Source: Bacteroidota bacterium (GTDB lineage Bacteria > Pseudomonadota > Gammaproteobacteria > Burkholderiales > Rhodocyclaceae). From it: a DNA stretch of 64,000 bases. The stretch covers positions 83,935 to 147,934 of the forward strand of contig JBLNBM010000003.1 in NCBI GenBank assembly GCA_050259955.1, written 5' to 3'. The position numbers and the translations under genes were made by a program. Shown one piece after another: positions 1 to 8,378 of the stretch (the stretch's first letter is position 1; every line of letters begins with the position of its first letter). Under the pieces are notes generated by a model, which was not told where the DNA came from, ran no database searches, and saw only the letters and a program-made list of their open reading frames with translations.

Positions 1-1672
1 ACAGCTTGAGGGCTGCCGGCAGGTCTGCCTCGTCCTTGAAACCGTAATGGACGATGACCTGGGCGAAATTTTCGGCCAGGCGATGCACCTCGACGCGGTC
101 GATTTCCGGCACGTAGGGAACGTCGAAAACGCGCACGCTGAGGATGACGACCTGCTCGTGCAGCGCCTTGTAATGCTTGATGCTGTGCAGCATGGCGTGG
201 GGCACGGCTTCCGGGTCCGGCGTCATGAAAATGGCGGTGCCGGGAACGCGTCCGATGCCGCTGCCGGCGATGTCCTTGATGAAGGGCTTGAGCTGCAGCG
301 AATCGGCGGCCAGGCGCTGCTGCAGCAATTCGCGGCCACGTTTCCAGGTGGTGAGCAGGATGAACACGGCGAGGCCGAATGCCAGCGGGAACCAGCCGCC
401 ATCGGGAATCTTCACGGAATTGGCGAGGAAGAAGCCGAGGTCGATGCAGATGAAGGGCAGGGCGCCCAGCGTGGCGCGCAGCGGGCTCCAGTCCCACAGG
501 CGGATGGCGACGGCGATGGCCAGGATGTTGGTGATCAGCATCGTGCCAGTCACCGCGATGCCGTAGGCGGCGGCGAGGTTCGACGAGGTGCGGAAGCCGA
601 GGACCAGCGCGATGATGGCAATGAGCAGCAGCCAGTTGAGGGCCGGCAGGTAGATCTGGCCGATTTCCTGGTCCGAGGTGTGCTGCACTTCGAGGCGCGG
701 CGTGTAGCCGAGCTGGATGGCCTGCTGGGTGATCGAGAAGGCGCCGGAAATGACCGCCTGCGAAGCGATCACCGTGGCCACGGTGGCCAGGATGACGAGC
801 GGATAGAGCGCCCAGTCCGGCGCCAGCAGGTAGAAGGGGTTCTCGATGGTTGCCGGATCGGCCAGCAGCAGCGCGCCCTGGCCGAAGTAATTGATGACCA
901 GCGATGGCAGCACGTAGCCCAGCCAGGCGTACTGGATGGGGCGGGCGCCGAAGTGGCCCATGTCGGCGTAGAGCGCCTCGGCGCCGGTGATGCAGAGGAC
1001 GACGGCGCCCAGCGCGAAGAAACCGAGGCTGCCGTTGGCGATCAGGAAATGCCAGCCGTAGAGCGGGTTGACGGCCGCCAGCACGCCCGGGTGCCGAGCG
1101 ATGCCGACCAGGCCGAGGACGGCGAGCACGGCGAACCAGAGCACCATGATCGGCCCGAACAGGGCGCCGACGCTGGCCGTGCCGCGCCGCTGGAAGGCGA
1201 AAAGGCCGATCAGGATGGCCAGCGTGATGGCCAGGATGTAAGGGTTGAAGGCCGGCGTGATCAGCTCGAGACCTTCGACCGCCGAGAGCACCGAGATGGC
1301 CGGCGTGATGACGCCGTCGCCATAGAACAGCGCGGCCCCGAACAGGCCCAGGGTAATCAGCGCCTTCTGCTGCCACGAGGACGGATTGCCCTTGTGCAGC
1401 GCCAGCGTCATCAGGGCGATGATGCCGCCTTCGCCCTTGTTGTTGGCGCGCATGATGAAGGACACGTACTTCAGGGTGACGACGATGAGCAGCGACCACA
1501 GGAACAGCGACAGGATGCCGAGCACATTGTCGGGGGCGATCGGCACCGGGTGGTGGGCGCTGCCGAAAACTTCCTTGATCGAATAGAGCGGGCTGGTCCC
1601 GATGTCGCCATAGACGATGCCCAGTGCAGCCAGGGTCAGCGTCAGCAGACGTTTGTTGTTATTGACTTGCAT
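1..1672 (-). CDS. kup: Kup (KUP/HAK/KT) potassium transporter, 3' end beyond window edge
   Basis: Manual translation from ATG at 1672: [34 protein letters not shown]...MRANNKGEGGIIAL, with the Kup motifs GDIGTSPLY and GEGG. It runs off the window, so it is absent from the ORF track. Confidence 0.95.
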   Translation of the reverse strand, partial: MQVNNNKRLLTLTLAALGIVYGDIGTSPLYSIKEVFGSAHHPVPIAPDNVLGILSLFLWSLLIVVTLKYVSFIMRANNKGEGGIIALMTLALHKGNPSSWQQKALITLGLFGAALFYGDGVITPAISVLSAVEGLELITPAFNPYILAITLAILIGLFAFQRRGTASVGALFGPIMVLWFAVLAVLGLVGIARHPGVLAAVNPLYGWHFLIANGSLGFFALGAVVLCITGAEALYADMGHFGARPIQYAWLGYVLPSLVINYFGQGALLLADPATIENPFYLLAPDWALYPLVILATVATVIASQAVISGAFSITQQAIQLGYTPRLEVQHTSDQEIGQIYLPALNWLLLIAIIALVLGFRTSSNLAAAYGIAVTGTMLITNILAIAVAIRLWDWSPLRATLGALPFICIDLGFFLANSVKIPDGGWFPLAFGLAVFILLTTWKRGRELLQQRLAADSLQLKPFIKDIAGSGIGRVPGTAIFMTPDPEAVPHAMLHSIKHYKALHEQVVILSVRVFDVPYVPEIDRVEVHRLAENFAQVIVHYGFKDEADLPAALKL

Positions 1673-1682
1673 GGGGATTCCT

Positions 1683-2375
1683 TCAGGGCTGGAAGCGGTA
1701 ACCGACGCCGGTTTCGGTCAGGAAATGGCGGGGCTGGGTCGGGTCGATTTCCAGCTTCTGGCGCAGATGCCCGACATAGACGCGCAGGTAATGGCTGCTT
1801 TCGATGTAGGACGGGCCCCAGATTTCCCGCAGCAGGTTGCGCTGGGTCAGCACCTTGCCGGGATGGCCGAGCAGCGTCGCCAGCAGGCGGTATTCGATGG
1901 GCGTCAGGTGCACTTCCTGGCCGTTCCGGGTGACGACGCGGCGCGACAGGTCGACCCGGATCTCGCCGAATTCGATCAGCGGCGTCGCCGCTTCGCCGCT
2001 GCGGGCGCGCCGCCGCAACAGGGCGCGGACGCGGGCGCGCAATTCACCAACGCTGAACGGCTTGGTCAGGTAGTCGTCGGCACCGGCGTCGAGGGCATCG
2101 ATCTTGTCGTTTTCCTGGGTGCGGGCCGAGAGGATCAGCACCGGCACGTCGGACCAGCCGCGCAGGTCGCGGATCAGGTCGATGCCGTTGCCGTCGGGCA
2201 GGCCCAAGTCGAGGATGAGCAGGTCCGGCTTGCGCAGGCCGGCCTCGACCAGGCCCTGGGCGACGGTTTCCGCTTCGCAGACCGAGCAGCCTTCTTCCTC
2301 GACGGCGACGCGGACGAAGCGGCGGATCGGCTTTTCATCCTCGATGAGCAGGACTTTGGGGGCCGGTGCGTTCAT
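1683..2375 (-). CDS. kdpE: OmpR-family response regulator KdpE
   Basis: MNAPAPKVLLIEDEKPIRRF...LILDLGLPDGNG...ADDYLTKPF, then winged-helix HLTPIEYRLL...HYLRVYVGHLRQKLE...ETGVGYRF. It overlaps the kinase stop codon. Confidence 0.92.
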   Translation of the reverse strand: MNAPAPKVLLIEDEKPIRRFVRVAVEEEGCSVCEAETVAQGLVEAGLRKPDLLILDLGLPDGNGIDLIRDLRGWSDVPVLILSARTQENDKIDALDAGADDYLTKPFSVGELRARVRALLRRRARSGEAATPLIEFGEIRVDLSRRVVTRNGQEVHLTPIEYRLLATLLGHPGKVLTQRNLLREIWGPSYIESSHYLRVYVGHLRQKLEIDPTQPRHFLTETGVGYRFQP

Positions 2376-3910
2376 GCTCCCTCCTCCTCGACCACCGGCG
2401 GCACGCCGCAAGGCAGGGTGAAACGGACGCAGGCCCCGCCGTCCGCCGCCTGGTCGGCCCGGATACTGCCGCCGTGCGCTTCGACGATGGCACGGCAAAT
2501 GGCCAGGCCGAGGCCGGTGCCGGGCTGGCTCGGCGGCGTCGGGCCGCGCACGAACATCTCGAACAACGCATCCCGAGAGCCATCCGGAAAGCCCGGCCCA
2601 TGGTCGCAAACGGAGATTTCGACGCGTTCGTCCTGGCGTTGAGCAGTGATTTCTATGGTCGTTCCCGGCGGCGCGTACTTGGCGGCGTTTTCCAGCAGGT
2701 TGCAGAAAACGCGCTCGATCAGCACGGCGTCGAATTCGAGCAGCGGCAGGTCGGCCGGCAACGTGACGCGGACCGGGTGTTCGGCCAGCGCGGTGCCGAG
2801 CAGCTTGATGCTGGCGCCAATCACTTCTTCGAGCGGTTGCCATTCGCGGCGCAAGGTCACCTGGCCGGCATTGAGCCGGGCCATGTCGAGCAGGTTGCCG
2901 ACCAGGCCGGCCAGGCGGGCCGCCTGCTCGTGCATGGCCTGGGCAGTCTCCAGCGCCGGCTCGGGCAAGGGCGGCTTGATCAGGTTGAGCGAATCGGCCA
3001 GCCCGACCAGCGCCGTCAGCGGCGTGCGCAGGTCGTGCGACAGCGCCGACAGAATGGAGCTGCGCAGGCGTTCGGCCACCATGTTGAGTTGCGTGGCCTG
3101 GGCGACGTCGACGTAATGCAGGCGCTCGACGGCGATGGCCAGCAGCGAGGAGAGCGCTTCGAGCAGGGCCTGGTGCTCGGGCAGAAAGTCCGGCGGATTT
3201 TCCGGAAAGGCCACCGCCAGCACACCGCGTATCCGTTGCGAGGCACGCAACGGCAGGTAGAGCGAGGCGTAGCCGCCGCTGGCGAACTCGTTGTTGCGCA
3301 CGGTTTCCCCGCCTTTCATGGCAATGGCGGCCAGATGCGGTTCGACGCGAAAATGCGGTGGCGCCGGCATCCCTGTCGCCGCCTCGCTCTCGCCGGGAGG
3401 CAGCAGGATGGTCGAGTCGGCATTGAACTGCTCACGGACGAATAGGCCGGCAATCTCGACGACCTGCACCAGGCTCAGCGTTCCAGCCAGTTGCCTGGCC
3501 ACTTCGTACAGGGCCAGCGTGCGCTGTTCGCGGACCTGCGCCTCCTTCGCCTTGTGTTTCAGGCCGGCCGCCAGTTGGCCGGTGATCAAGGCGGTGGCCA
3601 GCATGACGGCGAAAGTGACGAGATACTGGATATTGGCGACGGCCAGCGAAAAGCGCGGCGGGACGAAGAAAATGTCGAAGAGCAGGACGCTCAGCACGGC
3701 GGCCAGCACGGCGGCGCCCCGACCGAGGCTGACGGCGAGCAGCAATACCGTGAGCAGAAAGAGCATCACGATATTGGCGAGATCGAGATAACCGAGCAGC
3801 GGGGTGGCCAGCAAGGTTGTCGCCGCGCAGGCGAGTACGGTCAGCAGGACCCGTTGCCGGGCGGAAAAGCGTTCCGGCGGATGAGCGGTCAGGGAGACTT
3901 CGTTGGGCAT
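2372..3910 (-). CDS. kdpD: KdpD-like sensor histidine kinase (4-TM DUF4118, GAF, HisKA, HATPase) lacking the N-terminal KdpD/Usp domains
   Basis: TM block LANIVMLFLL...FDIFFVPPRFSLAV...YLVTFAVML, H-box LSHDLRTPL, N-box NLLENAAKY, G2 GTGLGLAIC; about 512 aa. Confidence 0.88.
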   Translation of the reverse strand: MPNEVSLTAHPPERFSARQRVLLTVLACAATTLLATPLLGYLDLANIVMLFLLTVLLLAVSLGRGAAVLAAVLSVLLFDIFFVPPRFSLAVANIQYLVTFAVMLATALITGQLAAGLKHKAKEAQVREQRTLALYEVARQLAGTLSLVQVVEIAGLFVREQFNADSTILLPPGESEAATGMPAPPHFRVEPHLAAIAMKGGETVRNNEFASGGYASLYLPLRASQRIRGVLAVAFPENPPDFLPEHQALLEALSSLLAIAVERLHYVDVAQATQLNMVAERLRSSILSALSHDLRTPLTALVGLADSLNLIKPPLPEPALETAQAMHEQAARLAGLVGNLLDMARLNAGQVTLRREWQPLEEVIGASIKLLGTALAEHPVRVTLPADLPLLEFDAVLIERVFCNLLENAAKYAPPGTTIEITAQRQDERVEISVCDHGPGFPDGSRDALFEMFVRGPTPPSQPGTGLGLAICRAIVEAHGGSIRADQAADGGACVRFTLPCGVPPVVEEEGA

Positions 3911-3986
3911 GATCGGCGTCCGGCTGCTAGATGTATCCAGCCTAGTCGGCTGCATCTATAAATGCCGAGCATTCTGCTCCCCGCCG

Positions 3987-4003
3987 CGTAAAAAATTCGT
4001 AAA
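3987..4003 (-). promoter_or_regulatory. Putative KdpE operator (TTTACG-N5-TTTACG)
   Basis: Minus strand TTTACGAATTTTTTACG is a direct repeat with an 11-bp period, similar to the E. coli KdpE site TTTATACTTTTTTTACA. It lies 77 nt upstream of kdpD. Confidence 0.7.
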
Positions 4004-4024
4004 TATTGCCCCGCCCAGGCGCGC

Positions 4025-6259
4025 TCAGTACTCCTGCAACATGGTCAGTTCGGTATCGGCATTGCGCAGACGGATGGCCAGCGTGCGGGCGATGGCGTTG
4101 ATCAGGTTGAAGGCCAGTTTCTTGTGTTCCTCGGCCAGTTCGTAGAACTGCTTGCGCGACAGGACATAGACTTCGGTATCGGTCAGCGCGATGGCGTCGT
4201 CGCCGCGCGGCCGGGTGTCGAGGAAAGCCAGGCCGCCGAAGAAGTCGCCGCGGCCGAAACTGGCGATATGGCGGGTCCGGCCGCCGCCGAGCGGGGCGAA
4301 GATGCGCACCGCACCGCGCCGGATCCAGAAAATCTCGTCGCCTGGTGCGCCCAGGGCATAGATGGTGTCGCCCGCCCGGTAGCTGCGCAACTCCATCCGC
4401 GCTTCCAGGTCGAGCATGGTTTCGTCCTTGCGCAGCTTGAACAGTTCCATCTCGTGGATCTGGATCGGCGTCTCTTCCTCGACCGGAACCTTGTGCTCGC
4501 CAAGAATGCGGTTCTCCACCCATTCGATCGCCGCATCGAGTTCGGGGAAGACGCGGACGACGTCTTCATCGGCGGTCACGACACCGGTCTGTTCGAGGAA
4601 TTCACGCAGATTGCGGCCGTTCGGCAGCTTTTCCCGAACGCCCGACAGGAGCAGCATGGCGCCGCGTTCCTGCAGGGCGTCGCGGACATTGTGCAGGAGG
4701 TGGGCGGCCGTGACATCGACCGAAAGCACGTGTTTGAGATCGAGAAGGATGTAATTGCGTTTGCCGAGCTCCGGTTCGATTTCGCCGTACAGTTGCTGGG
4801 TGGTGCCGAAGAAGAGGCTGCCCTGCAGTTCGAAGATCACCGCCTGGTCGCCCTTCTGCTCGATGATGCGCATTTCCGCCTCGGGCCGGTACCAGGTCGA
4901 AGACATCTGGTTGGCGTAGATCTTGTGGCGGACGACCGAGCCGCCGATCTGCTCGCGCAGGAAAAGAATGATCGCCAGCGCGACACCGACCGCCGACGCG
5001 GCAATCAGGTCGATGGTCAGGGCAACGATGATGACGGCGAGGACGACGCCGAAATCGAAGACCGTGGCGCGGGATTCGATGAAGCGCAAGGGTTCGCGGT
5101 CGATCATCCGGATGCCGATGACGATCAGGATGCCGGCCAGCGCGGCGACCGGAATCCACGCCATGAAGGAGCCGAGGATCAGGGCGGCGACCAGCGCCAG
5201 CCCGCCTTCGAGGACGCCCGAGATGCGCGTTTGGGCGCCGCTGTTGAGGTTGACCAGGGTGGCGCCCATGGTGCCCGAGCCGGGGATGCCTCCGGCTGCC
5301 GCCGAGGCGATATTGGCGATGCCCTGGGCGACCAGTTCGCGGTTCGATTCGTGCTGGGTGCGCGTCAGCTGGTCGATGACGACACAGGTTTTCAGGGTGT
5401 CGATCGAGAGCAGGGCGGCCAGGGTCAGCGCGCTGCCGAGCAGTCCGCCGATCTGGCCGAGGCGCAGGTCGCCGATCTCGTTCCAGCGCCCGCTGATGGC
5501 GGTGAAGTAGCCGTCCTGCGCGGCGCCGAGGGCGCCGATGATCAGCGGGTTGCCGCTCACTTCCCACAGGCTCGGGTCTTGCAGGGCCAGGCCGAAATAG
5601 GTTAGGAGGCCGGCCAGGATGCCGAGGATGGTGCCGGGCACCTTGCTGGTGATTTTTGGGGCGACGAGGGCGACCAGCACGGTGGCAGCGCCGATGGCGA
5701 CGCCGCGCCAGTCCCAGGTCCACGGCGCAATCAGCGCTTCCCACCAGCGCGTCGCGGCGGCGGCACCGACGAATTTGGGGATCTGGCTGCCGATGATGAT
5801 CAGCCCGACGCCGGACAGATAGCCGCTGACTACCGGATAGGGGATGTACTTGATCAGCCGGCCGACGCCGATGAAGCCAAGGAGCAATTGCACGGTGCCG
5901 GCCAGTATGCCGAGCAGGATGAGCAGCAACACGACGGTGGCTGGCGTCACGCCCTGGTGGGTCAGTTCGATGGCGAAGGCCGAGAGCACCGCGGCGGCCG
6001 GGGCGCACGGGGCGCTGATCAGGCGGTCGGTGCCACCCAGCGTCGAGGCGACGAGGCCGATGACGCTGGCCCCGATAATCCCGGCCAGGGCGCCAAGGGC
6101 CGCGTAGTGCGGGGCAATCGCCGAATAGATGGTGACGCCGAAAGCGATTGAGGCGGGCAGCGCCACCAGCATGGCAGCGAGGGCGCCCCAGAAATCGCCC
6201 GGCACCTGTTGGCGCCCGAGCAGGCGCGGCAAACCGCTGGATGAGGATGTTTGCGTCAC
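4025..6259 (-). CDS. SulP/SLC26 anion transporter with STAS and C-terminal cyclic-nucleotide-binding domains
   Basis: GDFWGALAAMLVALPASIAFG, SNRELVAQGIANIAS, STAS GSLFFGT...DVTAAHLL, cNMP-like GDTIYALGAPGDEIFWIRRGAVRI...GDFFGGLAFLDTRPR. GTG start chosen for the AGGTGG RBS. Confidence 0.9.
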   Translation of the reverse strand: MTQTSSSSGLPRLLGRQQVPGDFWGALAAMLVALPASIAFGVTIYSAIAPHYAALGALAGIIGASVIGLVASTLGGTDRLISAPCAPAAAVLSAFAIELTHQGVTPATVVLLLILLGILAGTVQLLLGFIGVGRLIKYIPYPVVSGYLSGVGLIIIGSQIPKFVGAAAATRWWEALIAPWTWDWRGVAIGAATVLVALVAPKITSKVPGTILGILAGLLTYFGLALQDPSLWEVSGNPLIIGALGAAQDGYFTAISGRWNEIGDLRLGQIGGLLGSALTLAALLSIDTLKTCVVIDQLTRTQHESNRELVAQGIANIASAAAGGIPGSGTMGATLVNLNSGAQTRISGVLEGGLALVAALILGSFMAWIPVAALAGILIVIGIRMIDREPLRFIESRATVFDFGVVLAVIIVALTIDLIAASAVGVALAIILFLREQIGGSVVRHKIYANQMSSTWYRPEAEMRIIEQKGDQAVIFELQGSLFFGTTQQLYGEIEPELGKRNYILLDLKHVLSVDVTAAHLLHNVRDALQERGAMLLLSGVREKLPNGRNLREFLEQTGVVTADEDVVRVFPELDAAIEWVENRILGEHKVPVEEETPIQIHEMELFKLRKDETMLDLEARMELRSYRAGDTIYALGAPGDEIFWIRRGAVRIFAPLGGGRTRHIASFGRGDFFGGLAFLDTRPRGDDAIALTDTEVYVLSRKQFYELAEEHKKLAFNLINAIARTLAIRLRNADTELTMLQEY

Positions 6260-6451
6260 GATGCCACCTGTTTTGATCGTTGTCTGGGGGGCGCGCGTTG
6301 TCATGGGCGCAGATGCAACGGAAATCTTAAACCGCTTTGTCGCGGGTGGGGGCGTTTGCCCGTTCGTGGCGTCGAAAAGATCCGCCCGCCGCCGCTTCCC
6401 GACCGCCTGGCGGACTCGCATCGCAGGCGGCGCAGGACACCCTTTTCCGGT

Positions 6452-6778
6452 TCAGCCGAAAATGGTGACCTTCAGTTTTTGCAGCAGGCTGAGACTGCTC
6501 CACCAGACAATGCCATTGTCGCGGAAACGGTTGCCGTGCGTGGTCAGGGCCAGCTTGCGGGCGCCCAGTTCGGTGGCGCCGCTGTCGGCGATGAAGCCGG
6601 CCTGGAGCAGGTAGCGGGCGATGCCCGGCTGGATCTGCTGGCCGTCGAGAATCCAGCGCGTGCCGTAACCGTCGTCGTCGCCTGACAATTGCAGGATCGG
6701 TTCGTAGGCACCCATCAGCCGAAGCACCTTGAGCGTTTCGGCACGGTTGGGAATGAGGGACGGCGGTTGAGAGTCCAT
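6452..6778 (-). CDS. Hypothetical protein (108 aa)
   Basis: MDSQPPSLIPNRAETLKVLRLMG...LKVTIFG has a protein-like composition and fills the gap between genes. No family recognised. Confidence 0.6.
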   Translation of the reverse strand: MDSQPPSLIPNRAETLKVLRLMGAYEPILQLSGDDDGYGTRWILDGQQIQPGIARYLLQAGFIADSGATELGARKLALTTHGNRFRDNGIVWWSSLSLLQKLKVTIFG

Positions 6779-7017
6779 GATGTGTCGATTATGCCAGCCG
6801 GCCGGCGTTTCCTTGGTCAAAATATCCTGTCCAGTGCCGGCGGGGCGCCGCGTCGGAATCTTGCTGCGGCCGGCCAAGCTGGCGCGGAAGAGCTTGGTTT
6901 GTGGATGATCCGAGGGCGCATGTTGCCGTGTTCCGGGGCGGCCGCGTATCGGAGGATGCCCTCGCCGATGTCGGAATACCGGTCGTGCCGCGTCGCCGCC
7001 TTTTGCCGCAAGAATGC

Positions 7018-7040
7018 AAAAGCCGCAGACGGGCTGCGGC
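7018..7040 (-). terminator. Rho-independent terminator after bfr genes
   Basis: Minus strand GCCGCAG-cccgt-CTGCGGC followed by TTTT. Confidence 0.6.
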
Positions 7041-7067
7041 CGATGGCTGTGGGCGGAGCCCGGCGGC

Positions 7068-7550
7068 TCAGTCGCCGCCCGGCTCCATCTGCGATTGCAG
7101 GTAATTCGGCAGGGTGACGTCGCTGATCAGGGTCTGCTGCGTTTCCAGCCAGTCGATAGCTTTTTCGCAATGTTCGAGCAGCTCCTCAAGCAGGTCGCGG
7201 CTGACGTAATCCTGCGTTTCCTCGCACAGCGCAATGCTCTCGACCAGCAGGGGGCGCTGGATTTCGCGCTCGTACTTGAGGTCGCCCTGCAGGCATTCGA
7301 CGACATTTTCGCCGATCAGCAGCTTGCCGAGATTCTGCAGATTGGGCAGGCCTTCGAGGAAAAGGACGCGCTCGATGACTTCGTCGGCTTCCTTCATGAC
7401 GCGGATCGACTGCTTGTACTGGTAACCGTTGAGCTTTTCCAGCCCCCAGTTGCGGAACATCCGGGCATGCAGGAAATACTGGTTGATTGAGGTCAGCTCG
7501 TTTTTCAGCACCAGGTTGAGGGCTGCGATGACTTTCTTGTCGCCTTTCAT
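7068..7550 (-). CDS. bfr: Bacterioferritin, heme-binding subunit (Met52 kept, ferroxidase centre degenerate)
   Basis: [12 protein letters not shown]...[10 protein letters not shown]...SIRVMKEAD...[10 protein letters not shown]...DYVSRDL...NYLQSQ. Confidence 0.92.
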   Translation of the reverse strand: MKGDKKVIAALNLVLKNELTSINQYFLHARMFRNWGLEKLNGYQYKQSIRVMKEADEVIERVLFLEGLPNLQNLGKLLIGENVVECLQGDLKYEREIQRPLLVESIALCEETQDYVSRDLLEELLEHCEKAIDWLETQQTLISDVTLPNYLQSQMEPGGD

Positions 7551-7560
7551 GGTCTGCTCC

Positions 7561-8046
7561 TCAAGCCGGGGTGTCGGAGCCCATCTGGCTCTGCTGGTAG
7601 TTGGCGAGGCCGACCAGGTCGATCAGGCCGATCTGTTTCTCGAGGTAATAGGCATGATCCATTTCGGTGTCTTCGAGCTGGACGGCAAGCATGTCGCGGC
7701 TGACGTAATCCTGGGCCGTTTCGCAGGCGGCGATGGCTTTCTTCAGTTCCCCGACCACCTTGTATTCGACGGCGAGATCGGACTTCAGCATCTCCGGCAC
7801 GTTGGCACCGATTTGCAGCGCATCGCGCTTGCTGAGGTCGGGTTTCCCTTCGAGGAAGAGAATGCGCTGGATCAGGGCGCGGGCATGCAGGCGCTCGTGT
7901 TCGGATTCGTGCAACGCCTTTTCCGCCAGACGGCCGAAACCCATGTCGGCATACATCTCGCCGTGGATCAGATACTGGTCGACGGCGGTCAGTTCGCCGG
8001 CCAGCAGACCATTCAATATGTCGATGATTTTCGTGTCGCCCTTCAT
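7561..8046 (-). CDS. bfr: Bacterioferritin-family subunit with intact ferroxidase centre and no heme Met
   Basis: [12 protein letters not shown]...GELTAVDQY...[10 protein letters not shown]...[13 protein letters not shown]; E18, E51, H54, E94, E128 and H131 are present and residue 52 is Arg. Confidence 0.92.
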   Translation of the reverse strand: MKGDTKIIDILNGLLAGELTAVDQYLIHGEMYADMGFGRLAEKALHESEHERLHARALIQRILFLEGKPDLSKRDALQIGANVPEMLKSDLAVEYKVVGELKKAIAACETAQDYVSRDMLAVQLEDTEMDHAYYLEKQIGLIDLVGLANYQQSQMGSDTPA

Positions 8047-8116
8047 GGCATTCTCCGGTGTTCGTTGGAAACTGGGGCTGGCTGGCGAATTCGGCTGGCT
8101 TGCCTGAGCGGGCATT

Positions 8117-8374
8117 CTAGACGTGCGACGGATCCCTTTCCACCCAGATATGACGTGCGACCGCATGTTCCAGGGCAAGTTCCACTTCTTCGGCCAGAAT
8201 CACCGTCATCGGTCGTTGCTGCAGCACCTTGAGCGACCGGTTTTCGGCCAGGCCGTAAGCGGTGAGCTGTTCGCGCTGGAGGGCGTCGATTTCATCACCC
8301 AGCGTCGCCAAGCGGACTTCCGTGCCCGGGGTGATGAAAGCCAGGGGCAGGCGGGCTTCGTGTTTTGGGCTCAT
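8117..8374 (-). CDS. feoA: FeoA family protein
   Basis: 85 aa with LPLAFITPGTEVRL...LTAYGL...LKVLQQRPMTVI...ELALEHAVARHIWVE; directly downstream of feoB. Confidence 0.8.
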   Translation of the reverse strand: MSPKHEARLPLAFITPGTEVRLATLGDEIDALQREQLTAYGLAENRSLKVLQQRPMTVILAEEVELALEHAVARHIWVERDPSHV

Positions 8375-8378
8375 CGGT

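Noticed and set aside
47-1933. 628-aa plus-strand ORF, and similar long ORFs such as 28836-30620, 47571-49643, 52258-54231 and 13206-14771
   Set aside because: These are antisense shadows of real genes (kup, htpG, DAHL sensor, rnfC, TonB receptor), a common artefact in high-GC DNA. They have no recognisable motifs.
6789-7019. Possible bfd ferredoxin downstream of the bfr genes
   Set aside because: No CxC...CxxC pattern in the frames examined; the 76-aa ORF has shadow-like composition and lies beyond a terminator.
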